Virus record (IMG/VR): IMGVR_UViG_3300034102_004028 | Location: 1-56,978 of that record | Source of the DNA: a virus | Lineage: Duplodnaviria; Caudoviricetes | Direction: 5' to 3' (one strand) | Length of the DNA: 56,978 nt | In this document: one piece after another, positions 46,645-56,978 of the stretch | Layout: every line of letters starts with the position of its first letter | Position numbering within the stretch: position 1 is the first letter of the stretch | Translations under genes and position numbers: made by a program | Notes under the pieces: generated by a model | Databases searched by the model: none | What the model saw: the letters and a program-made list of their open reading frames with translations, nothing else | Told to the model about the DNA's origin: nothing

Positions 46645-46977
46645 ATGGCAGCATTTTCAGAATTAGTTATAGAACAAGGTGCAACATTCAATACGACATT
46701 GAATGTTGAAGATACTGCGGGAACAGCAATTAACTTGTACGCTTATACCGCAGAATCACAAATGCGTAAATCGTACTATTCAACGAGTGCAACCACCATT
46801 ACATCTACTGTTACAGGCACTGCAAATGGTGAAGTCACTCTTTCAATGACTGCGGCAAATACTGCAAGTCTGAGTCCAGGAAGATATGTTTACGATGTTA
46901 AAATCACATCTCCAGCTAATGTCGTTACTAGAGTTGTTGAAGGAATAGTTACTGTTTTACCATCCGTTACGAGGTAA
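46645..46977 (+). CDS. small Ig-like/BppU-like virion protein
   Basis: IEQGATF, QMRKSY, G.V.LS.TA..T, GRYVYDV, TRVVEG.VTV.P.VT. Confidence 0.7.
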   Translation: MAAFSELVIEQGATFNTTLNVEDTAGTAINLYAYTAESQMRKSYYSTSATTITSTVTGTANGEVTLSMTAANTASLSPGRYVYDVKITSPANVVTRVVEGIVTVLPSVTR

Positions 46978-46979
46978 TA

Positions 46980-47234
46980 ATGGTAACTGCTAGAATTCGA
47001 ACACCAGGAGTAATAGGTAAAGTTGAGGTCCAACAGACACTCAGAACCACTGTTGCTGACCCAAAATTCAAACCAAAACCAAATGTGGCTTTGACAGAGT
47101 TGGTTGATACGAATATAACTACGCTTGAAGATGGACAAGTCGTAACTTATAGTTCAACTGATGGTAAATTCATAGTCAAAGGTTTAGGTGACATTGATAC
47201 GAAGATTTCGAACATAAACGGTGGATTTTTTTGA
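46980..47234 (+). CDS. small virion protein ending NGGFF
   Basis: L.EL.D......DGQV..Y....GKF fibre-type repeat. Confidence 0.7.
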   Translation: MVTARIRTPGVIGKVEVQQTLRTTVADPKFKPKPNVALTELVDTNITTLEDGQVVTYSSTDGKFIVKGLGDIDTKISNINGGFF

Positions 47235-47285
47235 TTATTCCTGGACATAAATACTTAAAATAAAAAGATTCCATAAGGAACAAAA

Positions 47286-49121
47286 ATGGCAAATACAGTA
47301 ATTCAGTTAAAATATTCCAGTATAACCAATAAGCCACCACTGCTGAATGTAGCAGAACCAGCTTATTCTAATGTATCTGGAACATTGTGGATAGATGACG
47401 GTAGTGGTGTTGTAGCGATTGGTGGTAAAGCATATACCGACAAGATTGACGCTGCCGCTTCGGCCGCAACAGCAAACGTATTGGTTAAGAGAGATACTAC
47501 AGGTAATGCATCTTTCAACTACGTTCTGGCAGATGTTGTTGGTAGTCTTTATGGTAATGCACAGACCGCAACAAAACTACAGACTACAAGATATTTTAAC
47601 TTAAGCGGAGATATTGATTCCGTTTCTTATGCTTTTGACGGAACATCCAACGTTGAAGCTACACTTGAACTAACAAATACGGGTGTTTCATCTGGCACTT
47701 ATGGTGGAACAACAAACATTCCAGTTTTCACTGTTGATGTGGATGGTAGAATTACTAGTGCCGCCAATGTAAGTGTTGGAACCACTTTAAGTTTTGCTGC
47801 CGATAGTTCCACCGGCAGTTTAGACCTTCTATCTGATACATTGACTGTCAAGGGTGGTGATGGTATAACCACTGTAGCAGTTGACGGAAACAATACCGTA
47901 ATTTTAGATGTTGACAGCACCGTTGTTAAGACAGATAGAGCTTCACAAACAATTAACGGTGATATTGCAATTACTGGTAACTTGACGATTACTGGTAATA
48001 CAACACAAATTGCTGTAACTTCTCTTAATGTTACAGACCCAATAATTTATCTGGCAGCTAATAACTATAGTTCAGATATTGTTGATATTGGTTTTGCTGG
48101 CAATTATCACGACAGCGGTACAGATAGACATGCTGGTGTTATTCGTAAACATGGTACAAATGATGTTTATGTTTTTACTGGATACGATGAAGAATTTGGT
48201 ACGAATTTACTGAACATTGCTAATCCTAGCCTTGTTTATGCAAACGTTAGAGCTAACTTAATTGGTAAGTTGGTTGAGTCTAATGTTGCAAAAATCACTT
48301 CTGCGAATGTTACAACAGCAAACATACGCAACGTTGAGATTCTAGAAAATCAATATATTAAAGGCGACATTTATCTTGGCGCTGCCGGTAACAATGTAAT
48401 AAAGAATTTTGGTTCAGATTATCTGTACATTGGTGCGGCAAATACTGGACATTCAGATGGTGCATTAGCACTTTCATCTGGAAATTCAACTTCTAATGCA
48501 AGAATTAATGTAGTTGGTTTTAACAGAAGTGTCAGAGGTCATCAAGATAGATTCGACTTTACAAAATTTGATGATTGGTCTGGTTATGCTGTTAGAGTTG
48601 ATACTGTTAACACCAATGCAACTTCAACTTCAACAGGTGCTATTCGTGTAAACGGTGGCGCAGGTATTACTGGAAACCTACATGTTGGTGGAGATGTAAC
48701 TCTAACCAACGCACTGACAGTTTCAAATGGCGGTACTGGAGCAACATCATTCACTGTTGGTTCGATTTTAGTTGGCGATAGTTCTAGTTCAATCAAAGAA
48801 CTTGCAAACACTGGAACCGCAGGAACTTATGGTAGTGCAAATTATCTTCCTGTCATAACAACCGATGCATATGGTAGAGTTTCAGGCGTAACAAATACAG
48901 CGATTGCAATCGATACTAGCGCAGTTGTTTCTGGAACATTGGGCATCGCAAGAGGTGGTACAGGAGCATCTTCATTCGCAGTTAAAGGTGTTATAGTTTC
49001 CGATTCATCTTCAACAACAGGTGCTTTCAATTCATTGACTTCTTCAACCGAAGGACACGTTTTACAAATTAATTCCTCAGGTGCGCCTACTTTTGCACAC
49101 CTAAATGGAGGAACATTCTAA
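47286..49121 (+). CDS. tail fibre-like structural protein ending NGGTF
   Basis: MANTVIQLK start, TGV.SGTYG....IP..TVD..GRITSA and V..GGTGA.SF repeats. Confidence 0.75.
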   Translation: MANTVIQLKYSSITNKPPLLNVAEPAYSNVSGTLWIDDGSGVVAIGGKAYTDKIDAAASAATANVLVKRDTTGNASFNYVLADVVGSLYGNAQTATKLQTTRYFNLSGDIDSVSYAFDGTSNVEATLELTNTGVSSGTYGGTTNIPVFTVDVDGRITSAANVSVGTTLSFAADSSTGSLDLLSDTLTVKGGDGITTVAVDGNNTVILDVDSTVVKTDRASQTINGDIAITGNLTITGNTTQIAVTSLNVTDPIIYLAANNYSSDIVDIGFAGNYHDSGTDRHAGVIRKHGTNDVYVFTGYDEEFGTNLLNIANPSLVYANVRANLIGKLVESNVAKITSANVTTANIRNVEILENQYIKGDIYLGAAGNNVIKNFGSDYLYIGAANTGHSDGALALSSGNSTSNARINVVGFNRSVRGHQDRFDFTKFDDWSGYAVRVDTVNTNATSTSTGAIRVNGGAGITGNLHVGGDVTLTNALTVSNGGTGATSFTVGSILVGDSSSSIKELANTGTAGTYGSANYLPVITTDAYGRVSGVTNTAIAIDTSAVVSGTLGIARGGTGASSFAVKGVIVSDSSSTTGAFNSLTSSTEGHVLQINSSGAPTFAHLNGGTF

Positions 49122-49143
49122 TTAATGTTGAAAGGAATTTATC

Positions 49144-49701
49144 ATGGATGTGAGATTACAAAATGCGTATGTAGAAGTTTTGCTTGGCAATTTTTTAGAA
49201 GTTGTCAAGCAAAACATAATGTTTCAAGCTCAAATTGAGATTGCAAATAAAGACAATAAAGATGTTGGTGAAAACCAACGAAGATTAAAAGAAGTTTCGG
49301 ATAATAATGTTGAGTTGCAAAAACAACTGCTTGAAAAAGACAGAGAAATAAGCAGACTGACTACTGAAAGAAACGATTTAAAAAATTCTTCTAACAATAA
49401 TAATTCTTTAGCGCAAGAGAAACAAAGACTACAAACAGCAGTTAACGATTACATGAGACAGTTAAACGAAGCAAGGAATGAAACGCTTCGTGTAAAAAGT
49501 GAATCACAGGATGTTTTGTTGCAAAACAATAATCGTATTGAAGAACTCACTAAATATGTTACTAGGTTGGAAGCCGCAATACCGGCTAACAAACTTAAAA
49601 AAGTAAAATTGGGTGAGAACATTCAATCGACTCCAGAAGTCACAGAACCTGAAATAACTTTACCTATAGACGATTCTGTGAAAAATGGGGGAACATTCTA
49701 A
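49144..49701 (+). CDS. coiled-coil protein ending NGGTF
   Basis: Long heptad pattern; AAGGA RBS. Confidence 0.75.
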   Translation: MDVRLQNAYVEVLLGNFLEVVKQNIMFQAQIEIANKDNKDVGENQRRLKEVSDNNVELQKQLLEKDREISRLTTERNDLKNSSNNNNSLAQEKQRLQTAVNDYMRQLNEARNETLRVKSESQDVLLQNNNRIEELTKYVTRLEAAIPANKLKKVKLGENIQSTPEVTEPEITLPIDDSVKNGGTF

Positions 49702-49711
49702 GATTCAGTAG

Positions 49712-50725
49712 ATGGCAAATACAGTAATTCAACTAAAAAATTCGGGAGCATCAGGAAATATTCCTAATGCTCTTGCTCCTGGTGAGCTTGCTATTAACTA
49801 TGCTGATGGTAAGCTTTACTATGGTGATGCATCAAACACTGCAATTTTATTTGATGCAGTTACTGAGCCTGCCGGTTTAGATACAGAGATACAATTCAAT
49901 CAACTAGGTTCTTTTGGTTCTTCACCAAACCTAGCATTTAACAGCACTTCGAAAACTTTATCAACAGATAATATCGTTTTATCGAAGAATACTACAACCA
50001 GTAATTTAATATACACAGGTGCTCTGTATGGTGGTATCGCATCGATATCACATACACCATTAGCAAACTCGCTTGCGTATTTTACAGGCAACACTTCACA
50101 GTATGTTCAAGTCAATTTAGAAAATATTGACCCGAATGGTTCATCAGACTATGTTGCAACAGCAGATGTAGGTTCAGATGAAACTTTCTATATTGATTTG
50201 GGTATACAAAACTCAGGTCAAAATGATGGTAACATAAAAGCACTTGATGGCTTTTTGTTGGTTCAAGGTAATACAGGACAAGTTGGTGGTAATCTTGTTG
50301 TTGGTACAATATCAGGAACTCCGGGACAAGAAACACGAATTGTTGCCGGTGGCATCAACGATGAAAATGTTGTTCTGAAAATTGGTGAGTATGGACTTAA
50401 TGTTGTAAAGGGTGATATAACAAGTAATGCAACAACAAGAATTTCTAATGTTGCTAATAATGCTTTTGCTCAGGCCAACTTAGCATTTGATACTGCAAAT
50501 ACAAAACTAAATTCTTCTGGTGGAACAATATCTGGTGATTTAACTGTTACTGGAAATGCAAACGTTCTAAGTGCATTAATAACAAATCAGTATATACAAT
50601 TCGCAGATGGCTCTAAACAATATACAGCAAATGCTGGCGCCGGTGGTGGAGGTTTCGGACTCATTGATTTGGGCTTAATAACTGAAGCAGTATTCAATAC
50701 AAACATAATTGACCTACAGCAATAA
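49712..50725 (+). CDS. tail fibre-like structural protein
   Basis: MANTVIQLKNSG...LAPGELAINYADGKLYY, AG.DTEIQFN..GSFG, IQFADGSKQ. Confidence 0.72.
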   Translation: MANTVIQLKNSGASGNIPNALAPGELAINYADGKLYYGDASNTAILFDAVTEPAGLDTEIQFNQLGSFGSSPNLAFNSTSKTLSTDNIVLSKNTTTSNLIYTGALYGGIASISHTPLANSLAYFTGNTSQYVQVNLENIDPNGSSDYVATADVGSDETFYIDLGIQNSGQNDGNIKALDGFLLVQGNTGQVGGNLVVGTISGTPGQETRIVAGGINDENVVLKIGEYGLNVVKGDITSNATTRISNVANNAFAQANLAFDTANTKLNSSGGTISGDLTVTGNANVLSALITNQYIQFADGSKQYTANAGAGGGGFGLIDLGLITEAVFNTNIIDLQQ

Positions 50726-50760
50726 CCTCGCCATAAATATAAGAAAATGGGTAAATTTTA

Positions 50761-53451
50761 ATGTCTATACAGTTACAATTTCGCAGAGGTAATACAGCAC
50801 AGACTGCCGTTTTTACGGGAGCAGTCGCTGAGGTGTCGATGGACACCGATAAAAACACACTTATATTGCACGATGGTGTTACTGCTGGTGGCTACGCACT
50901 TGCGAGAGAAAGTTCTTTAACTGCAAATCAAGCATTTACACAGCAAGCATATAATAAAGCCAATGCCGCATATGATGCCGCAAACACAAAATATTCTTCA
51001 TCTGGTGGCACAATAGCAGGTAATGTTATTGTAACAGGCAATGTAAATCCGACAACAGACAACGTTTATAGTTTAGGTTCAGCATCTTATCGCTGGAAAG
51101 ATATTTTTGTTGGCGCAGGCACCGTTGATATTGACGGTGTTAAATTAAGCAAAACAAACAATCAGCTTGTCATTTCTGGTGCTACAGATTTGGTACTGAG
51201 TGGAACAAATGTTCCTTCATCCTCAGGTTTAGCAAACACCTTAACAAATGCATTCAATCAAGCCAATTTGGCATATGATGCGGCCAATACTGCATACACT
51301 GCTGGTGGAGCAAGAGCATTCGACCAAGCAAATTTAGCTTTCAATAAAGCAAATAGCGCATGGGATTATGCAAATAGTGCATATGCAACAGCTAATAATG
51401 AAATACTTACAAGACAAGCGAACGTTGGTGAAGCGGTTATTACAATTACTGGTGCATATCAAGCAAACGTTGGTGCTGGTTTAATTGCTAACAAATTAGC
51501 CTCTGATGCAAATGTTGGTGCTGGTTTAATTTCGCTAAACACATCCTTAACTAATGCATATCAAGCAAACGTTGGCGCTGGACTAATTGCTAACAAATTA
51601 GACTCTGATGCTAACGTTGGTGCTGGTTTAATTGCTTTAAACACTTCCGTAACAAATGCATATCAAGCAAATGTCGGCTCAGCAAGAATTGCCGACCAGG
51701 CTTCAGCACAGGCTAATGTTGGCGCTGGTTTAATATCTTTAGACACATCTGTTACAAATGCATACCAAGCCAATGTTGGCGCCGCTAGAATTGCCGACCA
51801 GGCTTCAGCACAAGCTAATGTTGGCGCCGCAAAAATTATTTCTTTGGCTCGCGCAGATTCTGCATTTGCTCAGGCTAACTTGGCATTTGATGCCGCAAAT
51901 AATGTTGCTCCACAAATTCAGCCCACAAGAGATGTTGCAAACAGTGCATTCTCTCAAGCCAACTTAGCATTCGATAAAGCTAACTCAGGTTTTGGTGTTG
52001 CAACAAGCGGTTTTGCTCAAGCAAACTTAGCATACAATAGGGCTAATAGTGCATGGGACCACGCAAACAATGCTTATGCTCATGCTAACACAAAATTAAG
52101 TTCTTCAGGTGGTACGATTTCTGGTGACCTTTCCGTTACTGGTAATTTAACTATTACTGGAAATACAACAACAATTAATGTAGGTTCATTATCTGTTACT
52201 GATACTGTTATCCGATTAGGTTCAGAAAATGTAACAGACATACTCGATATTGGTTTTGTTGGTCATTACGCAAATACTCCAAATAATCATACTGGTCTTG
52301 TTCGTAAAGCTAGTGATGGAAGATATTATTTGTTTGACAATTTGTTAACAAATGTTGAGCCGACAAATACTATTGACATTGCAAACACAAGAGTTGCAAC
52401 ACTAAGCGCAAATCTAGTTACAAACGTAATCACATTGCGTGGTGTTGACCCACTTGATTATGCAAACACAATTCAAACCGCAGGTCAAGCTAACGTTGGT
52501 GCGGCCGTAATTTCAATTACTAATGCATACCAAGCAAATGTTGGTTCCGCTAGAATTGCCGACCAAGCTACAAGTCAAGCAAACGTTGGTGCTGGTTTAA
52601 TTGCTTTAAACACTTCTGTAACTAACGCTTATCAGGCTAACGTTGGTGCTGGTTTAATTGCTTTAAACACTTCTGTAACCAATGCCTATCAGGCTAACGT
52701 TGGTTCCGGTTTAATTGCAAACAAGCTGGCTTCAGATGCGAACGTTGGCGCAGGCTTAATTTCTTTAAACACTTCTGTAACTAACGCTTATCAAGCCAAT
52801 GTCGGCTCAGCAAGAATTGCCGACCAAGCTACAAGTCAAGCAAACGTTGGTTCTGCTATTATACAAGGTCAAGCAAACGTTGGTGCAGGACTTATCACTG
52901 TAACAAATGCATATCAGGCTAACGTTGGTTCTGGTTTAATTGCAAACAAACTGGCTTCAGATGCAAACGTTGGTGCGGGACTTATTACTGTAACTAATAA
53001 TTACCAAGCTAACGTTGGTGCAGGTCTAATTACAAAAGTCGCAAAAGCTGGCGACACAATGACCGGAACGTTGTCAACTTCCGGTTCATTGATTGGTTCT
53101 TCATTAACATCAAACAATATTGTAACAGTCAATACACATTCTGTTTATGAAGCAACTGCTGTTACAACAGGTTCTACCGCGCAATTCACATTAGACTCTT
53201 TCTCAACAACTGCATTCCGTTCTGCAAAATATCTTGTGCAAGTTACCAGCGGTTCTTCTTATGAATTGTTGGAGATGACACTGATACATGACGGCACAAC
53301 TGTTTATTTGTCTCAATATGGTAACATCAAAACAGGTGCAACACTTGCAGTATTTGATGCATCAATTTCGGCAGGTACTCTAAGTGTGGTGGCTACACCT
53401 AACAACGCAATAACAACATTCAAGACTGCTGTTACATTGATAGCTACATAA
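50761..53451 (+). CDS. tail fibre-like protein with Mtd-type N-terminal domain
   Basis: QLQFRRGNTAQ...FTGA.AEV..DTDK.TL..HDG.TAGG; QANVG repeats; C-terminal FRSAKYLVQ...HDGT.VY..QYG domain. Confidence 0.78.
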   Translation: MSIQLQFRRGNTAQTAVFTGAVAEVSMDTDKNTLILHDGVTAGGYALARESSLTANQAFTQQAYNKANAAYDAANTKYSSSGGTIAGNVIVTGNVNPTTDNVYSLGSASYRWKDIFVGAGTVDIDGVKLSKTNNQLVISGATDLVLSGTNVPSSSGLANTLTNAFNQANLAYDAANTAYTAGGARAFDQANLAFNKANSAWDYANSAYATANNEILTRQANVGEAVITITGAYQANVGAGLIANKLASDANVGAGLISLNTSLTNAYQANVGAGLIANKLDSDANVGAGLIALNTSVTNAYQANVGSARIADQASAQANVGAGLISLDTSVTNAYQANVGAARIADQASAQANVGAAKIISLARADSAFAQANLAFDAANNVAPQIQPTRDVANSAFSQANLAFDKANSGFGVATSGFAQANLAYNRANSAWDHANNAYAHANTKLSSSGGTISGDLSVTGNLTITGNTTTINVGSLSVTDTVIRLGSENVTDILDIGFVGHYANTPNNHTGLVRKASDGRYYLFDNLLTNVEPTNTIDIANTRVATLSANLVTNVITLRGVDPLDYANTIQTAGQANVGAAVISITNAYQANVGSARIADQATSQANVGAGLIALNTSVTNAYQANVGAGLIALNTSVTNAYQANVGSGLIANKLASDANVGAGLISLNTSVTNAYQANVGSARIADQATSQANVGSAIIQGQANVGAGLITVTNAYQANVGSGLIANKLASDANVGAGLITVTNNYQANVGAGLITKVAKAGDTMTGTLSTSGSLIGSSLTSNNIVTVNTHSVYEATAVTTGSTAQFTLDSFSTTAFRSAKYLVQVTSGSSYELLEMTLIHDGTTVYLSQYGNIKTGATLAVFDASISAGTLSVVATPNNAITTFKTAVTLIAT

Positions 53452-53481
53452 TAAAATAAAGTAAAGAGGGGATAGTGAACC

Positions 53482-55746
53482 TTGGCTTCTAATCAAGATT
53501 TCATCGTAAAGAATGGCTTGACCATTGGTTCAAGCAGAGTCATCGCAGCCAATGGTGTTTGGATTGGCGCATCAACCAATCTCATTGGTCCGCAAGGACC
53601 TACAGGTCCACAAGGCGCTCAAGGTCCTACTGGGCCTACAGGTCCACAAGGCGCTCAAGGACCAACAGGCGCAACTGGACCGCAAGGTGCTCAAGGTTTA
53701 ACTGGACCAACTGGTCCAACAGGACCGCAGGGCGCTCAAGGCTCTACAGGTATCACGGGCCCTCAAGGCGCACAAGGCGCCGCTGGTCCTACTGGGCCAA
53801 CGGGTCCTACTGGAACAACCGGACCCACAGGTCCGACTGGCCCAACCGGACCTCAAGGCGCTCAAGGCGCACAAGGACTAACAGGCGCACAAGGACCAAC
53901 TGGCGCAACAGGTCCGACTGGCCCAACCGGACCTCAAGGTGCTCAAGGTGCTCAAGGCGCACAAGGACCGACAGGCGCAACTGGTCCGACAGGACCAGCT
54001 GGCTCTACCTCATATTCTGCCGGCAATTTACAAAATACTGGATATGGTAGCGGCAGTCTTACTTGGTATCAAGCCAGCACTAACTGGCAAACATGGACCG
54101 GTAGCTGGGCAAGTCATTTAATTTCAAATCATGGTGATGGTTCAAATTATTACAATCAAACATTGATAATGCCTTTTTGGGGTCCTCCGCAATATATGCG
54201 TAAAGAGGGTGGAACAAATGTAGGACCATATCAGTTTCTTACAAGTGAAGGTGGAAGTGGAACTTTTTCAACATCCGGAGATTTGAGAGCCCCAATTTTT
54301 TATGATACGAACAATACAGCTTATTATACAGACCCATCAAGTACAAGTAATTTAGTTGGTCTGACAGTTTCAAACACTATCACAGGAAGTGTTAGTGGAA
54401 GTGCCGGCTCTTTAAGCGCAAACCTTCCAGTTTCTAGATTAAATAGTGGAACAAACGCATCTGCATCAACTTTTTGGCGTGGAGATGGCACATGGTCCAC
54501 GGGTGTTGCCGGACCAACAGGCCCTACTGGACCAACAGGACCGACTGGCGCACAAGGTGCTCAAGGACCAACTGGCGCAACAGGTCCACAAGGGGCACAA
54601 GGTGCTCAGGGTCCAGCTGGACCTACTGGGCCTACTGGCCCAACAGGAGCACAAGGGGCACAAGGTGCTCAGGGTCCAGCCGGACCTACTGGACCCACTG
54701 GTCCTTCTGGCGCATCAATTTTAGGTTCAACTAATACTTGGACTGGCCCCAATTACTTTCAAAGTAACCTTGGAGCAACATCAGGCTCTTTATCTAGCCC
54801 GCCACTCCAAGCATATTCAACTGGTAATAATTCCGCTTTTATGTCTTTTCATAAAGGTGGTCATTATGCAGTTAACATGGGATTAGATTCCGATAACGTA
54901 ATGCGTATCGGTGGTTGGTCTGCTTCAGCGAATCGTTGGGAATTGGATATGTCTGGAAACAATTGGGCAGCCAGCTCGTTCAGAGCACCAATATTCTATG
55001 ACTCAAATAACACTGGCTATTATGTTGACCCAGCCAGTGGTACCAATCTAAACGGTGATGTTACAGCTAGTCAATTCTATGTAAACGGTTGGTTCAGAAA
55101 TAACGCAAACAATACAGGTTTATATAATCAGAATACAACTCAGCATTTGAGTTCAACCACTAATGGTTACTGGGATATGTCCAGTACAACAAGTGTTAGT
55201 AGCGTTAGATTCTATACTGGTGGTCATTTGAGTGCTTTGCGTGGTTATGTTTATGCAGATACCAGCAATAATATTGGATTCTTAGGAGCAAGTGGCAATT
55301 GGCGTTTACGTGTTGTTGGTGATGATTATTCTCTTGCTGATGGTAGCTCAATGAGAGCGCAAATTTATTATGACTCAAATAACACCGGCTATTACGCTGA
55401 CCTGAACAATACAACATATTGCTACTACTTACAATCGGCAACTTCCGTTAGAGCAGACTCCGATAGAAGAATTAAAGACAACATTGAAACTATCGACAAT
55501 GCAATTGATAAAGTTAAAAGGCTAAGAGGAACATATTTCACTCGTAAAGACTTAACTGACAAAACAAAAAAACATATTGGACTTATCGCACAAGAAGTAT
55601 TGGAAGTTATTCCGGAAGTTGTTGGTGGTTCCGAAGAAACTACATATTCGGTTGGTTATGGTGAGATAGTCGCAGTTCTAATTGAAGCAATTAAAGAACA
55701 ACAGGAACAGATTGAAGAAATGAGGAATTTAATCAATGGCAAGTAA
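53482..55746 (+). CDS. collagen-like tail fibre with C-terminal S74 chaperone
   Basis: TTG start with GAGGGG RBS; two Gly-X-Y blocks; SDRRIKDNI...GLIAQEV..VIPEVV...LIEAIKE. Confidence 0.85.
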   Translation: MASNQDFIVKNGLTIGSSRVIAANGVWIGASTNLIGPQGPTGPQGAQGPTGPTGPQGAQGPTGATGPQGAQGLTGPTGPTGPQGAQGSTGITGPQGAQGAAGPTGPTGPTGTTGPTGPTGPTGPQGAQGAQGLTGAQGPTGATGPTGPTGPQGAQGAQGAQGPTGATGPTGPAGSTSYSAGNLQNTGYGSGSLTWYQASTNWQTWTGSWASHLISNHGDGSNYYNQTLIMPFWGPPQYMRKEGGTNVGPYQFLTSEGGSGTFSTSGDLRAPIFYDTNNTAYYTDPSSTSNLVGLTVSNTITGSVSGSAGSLSANLPVSRLNSGTNASASTFWRGDGTWSTGVAGPTGPTGPTGPTGAQGAQGPTGATGPQGAQGAQGPAGPTGPTGPTGAQGAQGAQGPAGPTGPTGPSGASILGSTNTWTGPNYFQSNLGATSGSLSSPPLQAYSTGNNSAFMSFHKGGHYAVNMGLDSDNVMRIGGWSASANRWELDMSGNNWAASSFRAPIFYDSNNTGYYVDPASGTNLNGDVTASQFYVNGWFRNNANNTGLYNQNTTQHLSSTTNGYWDMSSTTSVSSVRFYTGGHLSALRGYVYADTSNNIGFLGASGNWRLRVVGDDYSLADGSSMRAQIYYDSNNTGYYADLNNTTYCYYLQSATSVRADSDRRIKDNIETIDNAIDKVKRLRGTYFTRKDLTDKTKKHIGLIAQEVLEVIPEVVGGSEETTYSVGYGEIVAVLIEAIKEQQEQIEEMRNLINGK
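53587..54710 (+). repeat. collagen Gly-X-Y repeats (GPT/GPQ/GAQ), blocks at ~53587-54000 and ~54508-54710
   Basis: Direct translation. Confidence 0.9.
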
Positions 55747-56978
55747 TCAAGATTTCATCGTAAAGAATGGCTTGACCATTGGTTCGTCTAGAGTCATTGC
55801 TGCCAATGGTGTTTGGATTGGTGCATCAACGAATCTTATTGGACCACAAGGTCCGCAAGGTGCAACTGGACCCCAAGGCGCACAAGGACCAACAGGCCCC
55901 ACTGGACCGACCGGCCCACAAGGTGCTCAAGGACCGACTGGTGCTCAAGGACCGACAGGCCCCACTGGACCACAAGGCGCACAAGGACCAACTGGTGCAA
56001 CAGGACCACAAGGCGCTCAAGGTGTAACTGGACCAACCGGCGCAACAGGACCACAAGGCGCTCAAGGTGCTCAAGGCGCAACTGGACCTACTGGCCCGAC
56101 CGGCCCAACAGGACCACAAGGTGCTCAAGGTGCTCAAGGCGCAACTGGACCTACTGGCCCGACCGGACCAACAGGACCAACAAATACACAAAGTTTAGAA
56201 TCTTTCGATACAAGAAATTCGGCAACGACTCCACAAACTTATGGTAGCTTAGTTCGTTTTGATTTCAAAGGAAATTCAACGAACGGATTGAGTGATGGTG
56301 GCAGCTATAATGGCGTCATGTATTGGAGAAAATATGGTTCGGGTTCTGATTTTAGTGGTGGTGGAGCATCAGAAATAGCATATAGCGACAATGCTCGTCT
56401 GTGGATGCGTTATGGAACATCTACAAGTTGGGGCTCTTGGAAAAGATTTGTATTTGGTGATGGTTTCGATAATGGAGGAACAATAACAACCAGTGGTGAT
56501 ATGAGAGCGCCAATATTCTATGATAGCAATAACACTGGCTATTACGTAGACCCAGCAAGCACATCATATGTTAATGCTTTAACTACCGCGGGTTCATTAA
56601 ACGCACCTTATATCGGTATTAACAATACTACAGGTTCAAATGGTTACGGTCTTTCACTCTATAATGGAGCATCAGGTGGACAACCAACATATGGAATAAT
56701 GTTCCAACAAACCGGAACATTTGGTACATATGGCTCAGTAAGTGCTGATTGGGCAACTTATTTCACAATGAATTCAACTTCAGGTCGAGGTTGGATTTTC
56801 CGCAACGTTGATTCTGGAAACGTTGCAGGTATTAACAATTCAGGTCAAATGACTTTGGCCAGCCATCTTGAACAGGGAAATAATCTTGGTCGTCCAAACA
56901 TACAGTGGAGCGCATCGGGTACTTCCTCTGGCATGATTGTATTTTATCTGCCTGGTACCACCAGCAATTATGGTATGG
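55736..56978 (+). CDS. second collagen-like tail fibre, 3'-truncated (absent from ORF track)
   Basis: ATG 55736 [36 protein letters not shown], Gly-X-Y block ~55841-56180, [14 protein letters not shown]; open to the window end. Confidence 0.88.
   Translation, partial: MASNQDFIVKNGLTIGSSRVIAANGVWIGASTNLIGPQGPQGATGPQGAQGPTGPTGPTGPQGAQGPTGAQGPTGPTGPQGAQGPTGATGPQGAQGVTGPTGATGPQGAQGAQGATGPTGPTGPTGPQGAQGAQGATGPTGPTGPTGPTNTQSLESFDTRNSATTPQTYGSLVRFDFKGNSTNGLSDGGSYNGVMYWRKYGSGSDFSGGGASEIAYSDNARLWMRYGTSTSWGSWKRFVFGDGFDNGGTITTSGDMRAPIFYDSNNTGYYVDPASTSYVNALTTAGSLNAPYIGINNTTGSNGYGLSLYNGASGGQPTYGIMFQQTGTFGTYGSVSADWATYFTMNSTSGRGWIFRNVDSGNVAGINNSGQMTLASHLEQGNNLGRPNIQWSASGTSSGMIVFYLPGTTSNYGM

Noticed and set aside
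50761-53451. Diversity-generating retroelement suggested by the Mtd-like N-terminus
   Set aside because: No reverse transcriptase and no TR/VR pair differing at adenines; the domain is a generic fibre anchor
53559-56247. Arg/Trp/Cys-rich alternative-frame ORFs
   Set aside because: Frame-shifted or antisense readings of collagen Gly-X-Y codons
1-56978. Stop-codon reassignment, introns, inteins or homing endonucleases
   Set aside because: Core genes are full length in the standard code and densely packed; no intein, HNH, GIY-YIG or LAGLIDADG signatures noticed by eye

Overview
About 57 kb of a T4-like myovirus genome (gp2, gp4, gp5, gp6, gp8, gp25, gp26, gp32, gp33, gp48, gp53, gp59, DsbA and PhoH are recognisable). 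The host is probably a betaproteobacterium, inferred from the Bug/TctC solute-binding proteins and the tmRNA type. The layout has four parts. (i) 1-7.6 kb holds accessory/early genes: a glycosyltransferase fragment, galE, clpP, small ORFs behind near-consensus sigma70 promoters, GP88-like, DenV-like glycosylase, phoH, a 2OG-Fe(II) oxygenase and an exonuclease. (ii) 7.6-14 kb is an unusual island: three SGGxDS PP-loop ATPases interleaved with an ABM-like small protein and two secreted Bug/TctC proteins, then a circularly permuted two-piece tmRNA gene (tag ANDEKFALAA) and a small outer-membrane beta-barrel. (iii) 14-18.5 kb runs hydrolase, AAA ATPase, dsbA, 33, 59, HAD, 32. (iv) 18.5-57 kb holds tape-measure, baseplate and a large set of repetitive tail-fibre/collagen-like genes. 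The best candidates for new biology are the PP-loop/Bug cassette, the phage-borne two-piece tmRNA together with ClpP, and an apparent programmed -1 frameshift (T TTT TTC) fusing gp26 to gp51 just upstream of the tape-measure-like gene, analogous to lambda G/GT. All calls come from motif recognition by eye; no database search was run.
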